Part shown: positions 29,391 to 38,817 of the stretch, piece by piece
Layout of the letters: each line of letters opens with the position of its first letter
How positions within the stretch are numbered: position 1 is the stretch's first letter
Sequence record: MW879340.1
Length of the DNA stretch: 64,000 bases
Strand: one strand, 5' to 3'
Made by a program: the position numbers and the translations under genes
Notes under the pieces: generated by a model
What the model was told of the DNA's origin: nothing
Seen by the model: the letters and a program-made list of their open reading frames with translations, nothing else
Database searches by the model: none

Positions 29391-31877
29391 ATGCGCATTA
29401 AGTATATTGAACTATACAATTACCAGCGCTTAAAGAACAAAGGGATTAACCGCATCAAGCTGGACTTCACTGAAGTGATTCAAGTCATCATCGGAAAGAA
29501 CGGTGGTGGTAAGTCGTCGTTGATGCGTGAGCTGTCTCCTTTACCGCCGGACAACGGGGATTACATCAAGGGTGGCACCAAATACGTTCTGCTGGAGCAC
29601 AAAGGTCAGCATTATGAACTGATGTCCATCTGTGGCTCTCCATCACGCCATTCCTTTAAGTGTAACGATGTTGAGCTCAATGATTCCAAAAACCTCAGCG
29701 CTCAGAAAGAACTGGTGGAAGTGCACTTTGGTTATACCGGGGAAATCCATGAGTTACTGATGGGGTTGGTTAACGGCGTGGCCTTTACCACCATGTCACC
29801 GGCCAAGCGCAAAGAATGGCTGATGACGCTGTACCCGAATGACTTAACGTACATCACCAATCTGCACGATAAGTTTAAAACCATGCTGCGAGATGCTAAG
29901 GGCGGTATTCGTACCAGCTCGACGCATCTGTCTGGGCTTTATGACCAGCGTGGCGGCGGCAACATCGATGAGATGCAGCAACGCATTGATCAGTTGCAAT
30001 TACGTCGTGACAAGGTCGCTCGCTTGATTTCTGAGCAAGTGTCGAACGAGAACCATCAGGCCAACATCGACCGCACCTACGTCGATCTACAGCGTTTGGT
30101 GAACAGCCACCGTAATCCGATTGCTTTATCCGGCGAATACCGTAACCGTAGCCACATCGTGGATTTGATTAACGAAGCCAACGGTAACTTACAACAGTTG
30201 GACTACGCACATCAGACGCATCGTAAAGAGCTGAACGAGCTTGCCAACAATGAAGTCTTTAAACAAGCAGCCAGTGCTGATGATAAAGAACGTCTGGAAA
30301 AGCAGCAGCGTGAACTGACCGAGCAGTTTGAGCGGGACCGCACCGATTGGGACATTGCGGTATCAAACTACAGTGAGTTACCGGTTTGGCCTGTCATTAC
30401 GGCGTTGAACGAGTTCGACCAGCGTAACCTGATCAGTGTATCCAGTGATCTGCTGCAATCGTTGCTGGCACTTGCGCCGATGGATGATCGTGAAGTTACA
30501 CTGCGTCGTTATGATGCCGTGGTGAAGTTGAAGTATGACCTGGGTCCGGAGATTGACAAGCAAACGGATATCGTTAACCGTATCGTGCACAAGCTGGCTC
30601 ATTTGGAGTCTGCTGACCGTACGGAATGCCCGGCGTGCTCGCATCGTTGGCTGCCAGGTATTTCACCTCAACAGCTGGACGACTTCAGACAGCGCCGTAT
30701 CACCGAACAGCAAACGTTAGATGACCTCACCGCACGCATGAAGAAGTGCGACGACTATATCAACACGTACAGCGTCTGGTATGCTGCTGCCGTACAGTTC
30801 ACCCGCTTCACAGTTGGTCACCAGAATCTGGAATCACTCCACACCTGGCTGACTGAGCAGGAAGTGCTGTATGTAGGTGGTGGTGATTATGCCAGTCAGA
30901 TTATGGCGATCGTTAACGCACTGCCGACTGAACATCGTCTGCATAGCACCAAGGCGGAACTGGAACAGATTGCGGGTCGTCTGAAGATGTTTGATTCCGA
31001 TGCGCTGGAATGGCACAAACGTCGTTATCAGGAACACGAAGACGCGCTGAACAAAGTCATTGAACAGCAGCGTGGTGTGAAACTTGATCTGGCCAAGTTG
31101 AACAGTGACTTGCAAATGGTTGACGATGCTGAGCGCATGGTGAATGAACTGCAACGTCAGCGTGGGTATATCGTTACACAGGTTGGTGAATACGCTAAGC
31201 AAACCTTAACTGGGATTGCTAATGCTGAACACCGTCAACTGGGTGAAGAACAACGCACACTGAATGCGCAGCTGTTTAACAGTCGCTCGCTGGAAGGCAC
31301 CATCATCAGTACTGAGCAACATATTGAGTTAATGAAACAGCAGGAGGAAGTGCTCAAGCTGTTAGTTAAAGCTTCGTCCCCAACCGAAGGCGTGATTGCC
31401 GAACAGTTGTCAGAGTTCATCGAATGCTTCATGGGTAACATGAATGCTGAGATCGATGAGATTTGGGACGATGTGTTGCAGATCAAACCGTGCACCATGG
31501 AGAACGGGACGCTGTCGTATAAGTTCCCATTGTTGTCCGGTGAGTACGATTGTGAAACCGTTGACATTGCCGAATCTTCTACCGGGGAATCGCAGGTGAT
31601 CAACTGGGTATTCCGTTTGGTCGTAATGGAGTACCTGGGCTTCAACGAGTATCCATTGTACGGCGATGAGATTGGCGCCAACTTCGATGAGAAACATCGG
31701 CCGAAGCTGATGGAGTTCTTGAAGAAGTGTGCATCGTCCGGTAAGTACAGTCAGATCTTCTTAATATCGCACTACATCGCCCAGCACGGCGTTTTAACGC
31801 ATGCTGAGGTCTGTGCTCTGTCTACGGATGGTGTGGCGCTCCCTGAGCGTTACAACGAGCATGTGGTGATTTCCTAA
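29391..31877 (+). CDS. sbcC: SbcC/Rad50-like SMC ATPase
   Basis: Walker A GKNGGGKSS, coiled coils, zinc hook CPAC, signature SSTGES, Walker B YGDE, H-loop ISHY. Confidence 0.9.
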   Translation: MRIKYIELYNYQRLKNKGINRIKLDFTEVIQVIIGKNGGGKSSLMRELSPLPPDNGDYIKGGTKYVLLEHKGQHYELMSICGSPSRHSFKCNDVELNDSKNLSAQKELVEVHFGYTGEIHELLMGLVNGVAFTTMSPAKRKEWLMTLYPNDLTYITNLHDKFKTMLRDAKGGIRTSSTHLSGLYDQRGGGNIDEMQQRIDQLQLRRDKVARLISEQVSNENHQANIDRTYVDLQRLVNSHRNPIALSGEYRNRSHIVDLINEANGNLQQLDYAHQTHRKELNELANNEVFKQAASADDKERLEKQQRELTEQFERDRTDWDIAVSNYSELPVWPVITALNEFDQRNLISVSSDLLQSLLALAPMDDREVTLRRYDAVVKLKYDLGPEIDKQTDIVNRIVHKLAHLESADRTECPACSHRWLPGISPQQLDDFRQRRITEQQTLDDLTARMKKCDDYINTYSVWYAAAVQFTRFTVGHQNLESLHTWLTEQEVLYVGGGDYASQIMAIVNALPTEHRLHSTKAELEQIAGRLKMFDSDALEWHKRRYQEHEDALNKVIEQQRGVKLDLAKLNSDLQMVDDAERMVNELQRQRGYIVTQVGEYAKQTLTGIANAEHRQLGEEQRTLNAQLFNSRSLEGTIISTEQHIELMKQQEEVLKLLVKASSPTEGVIAEQLSEFIECFMGNMNAEIDEIWDDVLQIKPCTMENGTLSYKFPLLSGEYDCETVDIAESSTGESQVINWVFRLVVMEYLGFNEYPLYGDEIGANFDEKHRPKLMEFLKKCASSGKYSQIFLISHYIAQHGVLTHAEVCALSTDGVALPERYNEHVVIS

Positions 31878-31880
31878 CAT

Positions 31881-31896
31881 AGGGGCTTCGGCCCCT
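31881..31896 (+). terminator. Hairpin terminator candidate
   Basis: aggggc-ttcg-gcccct directly after the sbcC stop. Confidence 0.55.
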
Positions 31897-31907
31897 TAGG
31901 GGTTTTT

Positions 31908-32384
31908 ATGATTATTATAGAACAGCGTCACCGTTTAATAGATGAGTTGGACGGTCCTATTAACGTGGCACTACAAAAGCGCTTTGCCCACGAAGTGATT
32001 GGCGCGTGCGTCAATACCTGGAACACCTGGTCGTCTAATGCAGATTCAGTATTGATCACTGTTGAACAGGCCAAGACCACCTTCAACGAACTGTGCCACT
32101 TACCGATGCTCGATATCGTTGACAAGTATTGTCTGGGTCGCACACCAATCTATCACCTTATCCGTAACGACATCAAGCTCGCCGAGTCGAACTCAATGCA
32201 AGACTTGAATGTCACCGTGTCGGGTTTACTGCTTAGACTGTTAGAAGGTGATGTGACCGAGGTACGTTTACTTCCAGGTGAATTCTGGCTGGAAAAGTCT
32301 GAAGCCGAAGTTCGTGCCTATTACCAACAATTATTAGATCAACCCTGTGTCGAGTTGTTGAACATTAAAAAGGACCCATCATGA
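31908..32384 (+). CDS. Hypothetical protein
   Basis: 158-aa ORF; stop overlaps the next start (ATGA). Confidence 0.65.
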   Translation: MIIIEQRHRLIDELDGPINVALQKRFAHEVIGACVNTWNTWSSNADSVLITVEQAKTTFNELCHLPMLDIVDKYCLGRTPIYHLIRNDIKLAESNSMQDLNVTVSGLLLRLLEGDVTEVRLLPGEFWLEKSEAEVRAYYQQLLDQPCVELLNIKKDPS

Positions 32385-34483
32385 ACGAAAAGAAAAACAA
32401 GGGTAAGCAGGCCTGGTGTTTAAACACTGTTGCTATCCTGAAGCCGTACGTTGAACGTAAAGAACACATCACCCGTTCAACAGCCGGTCGTTTGGTCAAG
32501 CCGGTAACCAACTGGCAACGTCGTGAACTTGATACGCTGCGCAAGCAAGCCAACCAGATCATTCGCGGTGAGAACGTGAGTCCATTGACGTACACTGTTT
32601 TCGGCATGACGCTTGAGCACCCTGAAATGAAACCGGTTGCTGAAGCGTTTGACAATGCACTAGCCGAACACCGTAAACCATTCTTGTTACCAAGTAACCT
32701 GATGGTCCGTGGTGTGCAGTCGTCCGAGCATGCCGTGTTCCATGACAATGATTTTGGTCGTCGTACCGTGAACGGTGGTGATGTCTGGGTTATCCGTCAT
32801 GAAGATGGCTCATGTGACACCATGTTCATTGAAAACGATCAGACTTATGTGCTGATTAAAGACACGCTGAAATTCCCGCCTACTCAGAAGGTTGGCTATC
32901 GCTGTATCTACCCGGAATGCGTAATCGTCGAGGAAGTGGCACTGGTTGGCGAAACGCAAATGCCAGAGCGTCCATCCGCGCCGCCGCCGGCTGATCTGGT
33001 GTACCTGACCAAAGCGTACGCATTGTCAAAAGAGCCAGAGCGCGGCGACTGCTATAAAGAAGACGGCTGTCTTATTGCGTGGACCGGCACCGAATGGCTC
33101 AACGTCGGTAAACTGGATTTACCTGGTGAACCCGCTAACGGCCCTATTACACTGAACTGGGTAGCCAACATTCAAACCATGGCTGATTTGCCGGACGCTG
33201 CCAAGATCGGCGACATGTACGGCATCTACAACGGTCGCACGCTGGAAGTTGATGTGTATATGGTCTGGACACCTCAGGGTGCGTGGTGTGAGCTTATGCA
33301 GAACACCCGGACTGAAGAGTCCATTCGTACGGCTAAGTTGAAATCGATAGCTGAGCATTTTGGCATTAAGTTGGAAGAAGAGCTGTATGCCAAGATTACA
33401 CAGCCGGTTAAAAGCAAGTATGCGAGCCCAGAACAGCTGGCTTACTACGCCGGATATGCCGGTGTGAATCGTGCGGTGTTTATCAAAGAGCTTCCTACCT
33501 ATGGCTATCTGCGTGAACAGGGTGTTCCGGGTGAAGTCTTTGACATTGCCGATCAGGAAGACATTGGCATTGCAACGGTAGGTTGGGCTGGTGACGACTG
33601 GGTTGATGTAACTGACCTTACTCGTACAGTCCCGCATAAACGTTATCGTTCGTATAATGACCAGGCACCTGTTACACTGGATGAGCATCGTCACGTTGGT
33701 AGCGCTGATGGTGAAACCACTGGACCGGCTCACGTTAAGCGTGTCAATCCAACTGAAGTAGTGTACGTTGCCGACGACGAAACAACCATTGAACTGGATC
33801 ATAAGCTGCGCTCTAGCTACGGTTTCAGCTCAGGTAACCAAACGTGTATGTGGAACGGTGAGGTGTTTATTAAAGTTGGTAAGATCTGGATGCTATTGTT
33901 CACATCCGGTAAATCAGCAAAAGCCGCATCAGATATAGAAGGGTCGTGGGATCAAACGTTTGAGTTTATTTCGCTCGAACAGTTTAAAACGCTCAGCGCC
34001 GACGACTATCGTCCAGGGTTGGCGTACGTTGACCAGGCCGACCATATCCAGGCGTGGGTTAATAACGAATGGACTGATATGGGTCCGTTCCATCATAACC
34101 TCGGCCTGAAGCGTAACGAACGCGGTGAAGTCTGGTACAAGCGTAAAGATGACATTATTGCTGATATGTTGGGGATACGTCCAAACTTCGTTGACTTTAT
34201 TGAACACTGGGGCGAACTGCCAGCTTATCCGGCACTTGGCGATATGTACACCATCCTGAATGACGCGCCTGGTTTTAGCATGAACTCGCGTTCTGCGGTG
34301 TGGGATGGTGAGGTCTGGATTGATCGCAATGATCCTACGTCCATGATCACTCTGCCGTTGTTCACGCCGTTCGAGTTCCCTGTGGCTGAGGCTCCCGCTG
34401 AAGCTGACTGGAAGTTCGAAGAACCCAAGCCAAATCCAACTGGCTTCTGGGCTCGCCTTGGTCGCCTGGTAGGCTTTAAATAA
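32381..34483 (+). CDS. Hypothetical protein with ~6 GD.Y...W.G..W repeats
   Basis: 700 aa; AAGGA RBS; repeated Trp-rich modules. Confidence 0.75.
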   Translation: MNEKKNKGKQAWCLNTVAILKPYVERKEHITRSTAGRLVKPVTNWQRRELDTLRKQANQIIRGENVSPLTYTVFGMTLEHPEMKPVAEAFDNALAEHRKPFLLPSNLMVRGVQSSEHAVFHDNDFGRRTVNGGDVWVIRHEDGSCDTMFIENDQTYVLIKDTLKFPPTQKVGYRCIYPECVIVEEVALVGETQMPERPSAPPPADLVYLTKAYALSKEPERGDCYKEDGCLIAWTGTEWLNVGKLDLPGEPANGPITLNWVANIQTMADLPDAAKIGDMYGIYNGRTLEVDVYMVWTPQGAWCELMQNTRTEESIRTAKLKSIAEHFGIKLEEELYAKITQPVKSKYASPEQLAYYAGYAGVNRAVFIKELPTYGYLREQGVPGEVFDIADQEDIGIATVGWAGDDWVDVTDLTRTVPHKRYRSYNDQAPVTLDEHRHVGSADGETTGPAHVKRVNPTEVVYVADDETTIELDHKLRSSYGFSSGNQTCMWNGEVFIKVGKIWMLLFTSGKSAKAASDIEGSWDQTFEFISLEQFKTLSADDYRPGLAYVDQADHIQAWVNNEWTDMGPFHHNLGLKRNERGEVWYKRKDDIIADMLGIRPNFVDFIEHWGELPAYPALGDMYTILNDAPGFSMNSRSAVWDGEVWIDRNDPTSMITLPLFTPFEFPVAEAPAEADWKFEEPKPNPTGFWARLGRLVGFK

Positions 34484-34491
34484 TTTCGTTC

Positions 34492-34500
34492 CTACATTAC
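34492..34500 (+). promoter_or_regulatory. phiKZ-like early promoter motif CTACATTAC
   Basis: Intergenic; recurs at 41952, 47475, 56605, 57430 and 58088; resembles the phiKZ early TATTAC element. Confidence 0.65.
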
Positions 34501-34539
34501 CTAAAGGTGACTGACAATTAAACCATCTGAGGGTAATGT

Positions 34540-34920
34540 ATGCTTAGTTATTTAACAATATTCTACCCGGGGTTAGAGGAGTCGGTTCAAGAGACCATCA
34601 ATGCAACGAACTATGCAGGTATGCTAACTTCCGCGCATTTCCTCAGAGCAGCCGTTGAGCGCATCAACTGTAACGAGCACAATGCGCTTGACGTGCTGTT
34701 CGCTTTTATCCACTCACTCGAACCCAATCTCCGTGACTGGCCGTACGAGGCCGAAGATGATTGGTTACTGTCAGATCAGTTGACAATGGTGGCGGACAAC
34801 ATACGGCGAATCATCACACCGATGCTGCCGCATCACTCCATGCCACATTACCATAGTCATTCGGAAGACTCGATAACCATGTTAATTAGTACATACCAAG
34901 GGTATCATTATGCGTTCTGA
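34540..34920 (+). CDS. Hypothetical early protein
   Basis: First gene after the promoter motif; GAGGG RBS. Confidence 0.65.
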   Translation: MLSYLTIFYPGLEESVQETINATNYAGMLTSAHFLRAAVERINCNEHNALDVLFAFIHSLEPNLRDWPYEAEDDWLLSDQLTMVADNIRRIITPMLPHHSMPHYHSHSEDSITMLISTYQGYHYAF

Positions 34921-35308
34921 CGATCATTTAAGTGGGCGTATTACTGCCTTCATTGGGAAACTGAAAGATGCCTTACCGGGCACAGACGCAGCTTACAATA
35001 AATGGGTGGCATTGCACTACCCTAAACACACCTGTGTATTAATGCAGCAACGTATGCGTGTTATTGGTATTGCTTTAGCTTGTTATACCAAGGCCACCCA
35101 GGTTACGCCGGATGAAGATCAGGTCCGTCGGGTCATTACCTGGGCTAACCGTAATCCGTTTAACGTCGTGGACGAACACATTGCGATGGAGCTGTTTGTG
35201 CGGTTCCATTCCAACGTACCGGTCCATTATACGGTCACCACTTCGTCGCCACGTCACTGTCTGAAGTTCTCCTATCCTTTAGTCAACCCCAACTTAGTTG
35301 GTAAATAG
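34910..35308 (+). CDS. Hypothetical early protein
   Basis: Overlaps the previous gene; AAGGG RBS. Confidence 0.65.
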   Translation: MRSDDHLSGRITAFIGKLKDALPGTDAAYNKWVALHYPKHTCVLMQQRMRVIGIALACYTKATQVTPDEDQVRRVITWANRNPFNVVDEHIAMELFVRFHSNVPVHYTVTTSSPRHCLKFSYPLVNPNLVGK

Positions 35309-35321
35309 TGTAGGAGGGTAT

Positions 35322-35627
35322 ATGCCTTTGATCGTCGCGACCTGCGTGATCACGGTACCGTCTTTAATTGGGGGTTATGCCAAGTTCGGGTTAACAGATG
35401 CGGAGCTGATCACTCTTGCCATCGATCACGTGAACCGTGGAGACATCGCTTACACGGAACATCCGGAGTATCAACGCTCTGGTTGTGTCTTCAGTGATAC
35501 GATTGTTGACTTGGCTGTGGAGATCATCAACCTGTTGCCGGCTGAGTTAGAATCTGATTATGACCAGCTGACCATCATTGAGATCAATGACGCCGCTGTG
35601 TGCTTATCCCTCGAATTTAAGGACTAG
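35322..35627 (+). CDS. Hypothetical early protein
   Basis: Start moved to ATG 35322 after AGGAGG. Confidence 0.65.
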   Translation: MPLIVATCVITVPSLIGGYAKFGLTDAELITLAIDHVNRGDIAYTEHPEYQRSGCVFSDTIVDLAVEIINLLPAELESDYDQLTIIEINDAAVCLSLEFKD

Positions 35628-35632
35628 GTAGT

Positions 35633-36064
35633 ATGAACACCGTATCAGACCTCCAGCGCGTGATCTGTGTAATAGAGTGTCCGGCTGCCGACACGTTAAT
35701 ACGTGAACACTGTGAGACGAAGAACAAGAGTTGGCGAATCACCTTTGAAGACCTAATGCAGGCTGTGTCATTTGGGATGATAGGTGATTGGCGAAAGGCG
35801 TACTTCGTACTCGAACAGGCTATCGGTATGCCATTGTTCCACCCGACGCACTATGGCAACGATGACTTCTCAGAACCAGCCACCAAGCTGCTCGAAGCAT
35901 TGTCGCTTGCACTGACTCATGCATTACCAAAGACTCGCACCAATAAAGAACACATTGTCGTCGAATGTAACTTCTTGCAGGTTACTGACAAATGGTTCGT
36001 ATTCGATGTGATATTAAAAGAACCCGCACCAGAAGGAGCACCGTACACAGTTATTCACTTCTGA
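35633..36064 (+). CDS. Hypothetical early protein
   Basis: 143-aa ORF tightly spaced in the operon. Confidence 0.65.
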   Translation: MNTVSDLQRVICVIECPAADTLIREHCETKNKSWRITFEDLMQAVSFGMIGDWRKAYFVLEQAIGMPLFHPTHYGNDDFSEPATKLLEALSLALTHALPKTRTNKEHIVVECNFLQVTDKWFVFDVILKEPAPEGAPYTVIHF

Positions 36065-36149
36065 GGAAGTGAACCAAACGCCGTGGAGACGATAGGTTAG
36101 TTTGTTTTGTCTCCACTCAAAATATCCACGACTTTGGTGAAACCTTTAA

Positions 36150-36884
36150 ATGAAAACCATTCCTTCATTCATTCGCATTTTACTGCTTTCGGTAGCAGTA
36201 GCTTTTACAGGGTACGCACAGGCATCAACTTCCTCAAAGAAGGTTGAGTTCAACCAGGCGGGATTTGACAAGTACAAAAAGGTACTGTTAAAGGCCAGCC
36301 GTGCAACGGGAGAATCGGCAACGACGCTCGCGGCGTATTCATCCATTGAAACTAACTTACGTGCTGACGTGTGTAACAGTGCCGGCAGCGGCGCGTGCGG
36401 GATGACTCAGTTCATGCCCCGTACGTGGAAATCACTGGTGAAAGACAATCACCGCAAGTATGGTTTAAGTAGAAACGTATCTCGTTCTAATGCTTACGCT
36501 AATCTGGTCATGACGGCCGAGTACATCAAGTACAACCGTGGCGTATTGCAGCAGGCGTTAAAACGAGATGTCAGCCCATCGGAGGTTTACCTTGCTCATG
36601 CATTGGGTGCCGGTAATGCCATTAAAGTCCTGCGTGCTAACCCTAACCGGAAGATCACCAGCGTACTCAGCATCCACCGTGGTAACAACAACCTGATGTA
36701 CAGAAAGGGCAAAGCCATTACCGTGGCTCAGTTTAAAGCCAACATGCAACGAAAGTTTACCGCTCACAGCTCAGTGTATCGCCCGGCTGTGACATCGTAC
36801 GCGCTCAATCAGATGCCCAAACAGGAGGCCTTAGACCATCTGATCGCGCAGGTAACAACGACACCTGGTGTCGGTACTTTGTAA
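36150..36884 (+). CDS. Lytic transglycosylase (SLT; phiKZ gp144 catalytic-domain-like) with Sec signal peptide
   Basis: SIET catalytic Glu, GxxQFMPRTW and EVYLAHALGAG motifs; N-terminal MKTIPSFIRILLLSVAVAFTGYAQA with an AQA cleavage site. Confidence 0.85.
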   Translation: MKTIPSFIRILLLSVAVAFTGYAQASTSSKKVEFNQAGFDKYKKVLLKASRATGESATTLAAYSSIETNLRADVCNSAGSGACGMTQFMPRTWKSLVKDNHRKYGLSRNVSRSNAYANLVMTAEYIKYNRGVLQQALKRDVSPSEVYLAHALGAGNAIKVLRANPNRKITSVLSIHRGNNNLMYRKGKAITVAQFKANMQRKFTAHSSVYRPAVTSYALNQMPKQEALDHLIAQVTTTPGVGTL

Positions 36885-36919
36885 AGTCTTACATATACCG
36901 TCGATAATGTACACCCAAC

Positions 36920-36948
36920 GGCGAGGCTTCGGCCTCGCCCTTATGCCG
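36920..36948 (+). terminator. Hairpin terminator candidate
   Basis: ggcgaggc-ttcg-gcctcgcc followed by cttatgccg. Confidence 0.6.
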
Positions 36949-36965
36949 ATCTAAGGATAACTCGT

Positions 36966-37904
36966 ATGCCAACTCGTTCCCTGATTGCTTTTACTGGCGG
37001 TCTTGATTCCACCTATGTACTACACGAAGAACTCAAGAAAGGACATGCTGTAGAAGTAGCCTACATCTATGTGACCCAAGGTGAGGGCCAGATACTTGCT
37101 GAACTTAGCAGTCGTCGTCGCATCATCAGCCACTTTAAAAACCTTTTCCCTGGTCAGATTAAAAATGAGTGGATTGTATTGAATCAGGGTCTTCGTGTAA
37201 TGCAAGGTAAATGTGGACCTGAGCGATTTCAACTGGTGCAACAGTATAATTCAATGAATGGACTGATTCAAATTATACTACAGGCCGGGTCAGGTGTTAA
37301 CTATCGTCCGATGACGGGGTGGCACCACCTGGACGTTATGGAGAATAACCCGGGCGAACTACAGTCGGAAGAAACGTATACGTTGTACAAACGTATCTTT
37401 AAAGATCTTGTTCGATCGGTTGATGTGGATCGTAGTATCTTCTGTAATTTAACCACACCTGCTTGGGATATGTCTAAACAAGACATGTGGGATTCGTTAG
37501 ATACGTGGACACAAGCAAACATTAGTTTGGGCTATCGATTTAATCAGGAAGAGTCACGCAATGGCGTGGTTACACTGATAGACAGTTCAGTTAAGAAACG
37601 CCAGGAATACTCATGGATGGGTATATCCGCCGGGGCGTGCACAATGACCCATTTCGATTTACTGCAACCAATAGACCGTTACTTCATTGGGTATCATGCA
37701 GGCGGCTCAGACGGTTACGTTAACCTATTTGATCGTTGTAAGCAGTATTATACTGACCTACCGCACTGTAGTTATGAGACGTTTGATCTGGAGATGATCG
37801 ATAACGTATTAACACGCAAACGCGCACTTAAGAAAACCCTTGACAAAATAGCTGCTATAGGAGACGCACCTAAACCGGATCTTCAGTTAGTAAGTAATAG
37901 CTAA
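36966..37904 (+). CDS. QueC-like PP-loop (adenine nucleotide alpha-hydrolase) protein
   Basis: N-terminal LIAFTGGLDSTYVL...VEVAYI and TPAWDMSKQDMW blocks; no C-terminal Cys4 zinc site. Confidence 0.7.
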   Translation: MPTRSLIAFTGGLDSTYVLHEELKKGHAVEVAYIYVTQGEGQILAELSSRRRIISHFKNLFPGQIKNEWIVLNQGLRVMQGKCGPERFQLVQQYNSMNGLIQIILQAGSGVNYRPMTGWHHLDVMENNPGELQSEETYTLYKRIFKDLVRSVDVDRSIFCNLTTPAWDMSKQDMWDSLDTWTQANISLGYRFNQEESRNGVVTLIDSSVKKRQEYSWMGISAGACTMTHFDLLQPIDRYFIGYHAGGSDGYVNLFDRCKQYYTDLPHCSYETFDLEMIDNVLTRKRALKKTLDKIAAIGDAPKPDLQLVSNS

Positions 37905-37954
37905 CATTCATTCTTTATTCTGTAGCAAACCAAATTAACTCGTAAGGATTTATC

Positions 37955-38395
37955 ATGTCACAAGTTCTCGCTCAACGCGAAATTGTTCTGATCCCTAACA
38001 CGGATATCGTTAAATACGAGATCTCCAATAGCGAGCTGAACGAACTCACCCTCAAGCAGCATTACTGTGAACTGGGGTCGCCAATCAAACCTGCGGATGA
38101 AGATTACATCCCGGCTCGTTTTACCCCACCAGAAGTCACCCGTCGTATTCAGCGCTACACCACGCAGAACATGGCTGAAGTGGTTGGGTTAATAATCTCA
38201 TCACGTGTTGACGTGGCGGGTAACCTGGTTGGCGTGACGCAGATCCTGGACTGCCATCCAAAGGCTGCGGCATTGGCGAAGAAACTGCTGCAACCTAAAT
38301 GCGGTGTGTTGGTGCAACCGCGTATCGGTTATGCGTACGGGATGTTCAATCGTCGTGAGACGAAAGTGTTTGGCTTTGACGTGAGGTTTAAATAA
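37955..38395 (+). CDS. Hypothetical protein
   Basis: AAGGA RBS; 146 aa. Confidence 0.65.
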   Translation: MSQVLAQREIVLIPNTDIVKYEISNSELNELTLKQHYCELGSPIKPADEDYIPARFTPPEVTRRIQRYTTQNMAEVVGLIISSRVDVAGNLVGVTQILDCHPKAAALAKKLLQPKCGVLVQPRIGYAYGMFNRRETKVFGFDVRFK

Positions 38396-38766
38396 TGTCT
38401 AAGTTACTATCGCTGTCTGCCGTGCCCGTGGATAAAGTTCACCCGTTCGGCACCCTTGCCGTGATTCCAGCGATAAAGGATAATGAGCTTGGCACCGCTG
38501 CACGTCATGGAAAGCCGTTTGTCCTGCAACACGACAACGGCTTTTATTACCTGATCACCCCGGCTGTGGCTGATGCGCTGTGTAAACTGGTTAATACGCT
38601 GACACATACTCATGGAGTGGTGGTTACCAGTGAAGTTTACAAACGCGGCACCGGGATGGTTTGGACCAAAGGTTCACAATCACCCCATGCGTACATTACC
38701 GCTGGTGTGGACGGTAAAATGGCTGAAGTACGTGTAAGTGCAGCTGCACTTACATTTGAAGTTTAA
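38395..38766 (+). CDS. Hypothetical protein
   Basis: TAATG coupling with the previous gene. Confidence 0.65.
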   Translation: MSKLLSLSAVPVDKVHPFGTLAVIPAIKDNELGTAARHGKPFVLQHDNGFYYLITPAVADALCKLVNTLTHTHGVVVTSEVYKRGTGMVWTKGSQSPHAYITAGVDGKMAEVRVSAAALTFEV

Positions 38767-38770
38767 CACG

Positions 38771-38803
38771 AAGGCCGGGTAACACCGGCTTTCTTTTTTT
38801 TTT
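38771..38803 (+). terminator. Rho-independent terminator
   Basis: aggccgg-gtaaca-ccggctt then a long T run. Confidence 0.8.
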
Positions 38804-38817
38804 GTCGCGGAGGGATT

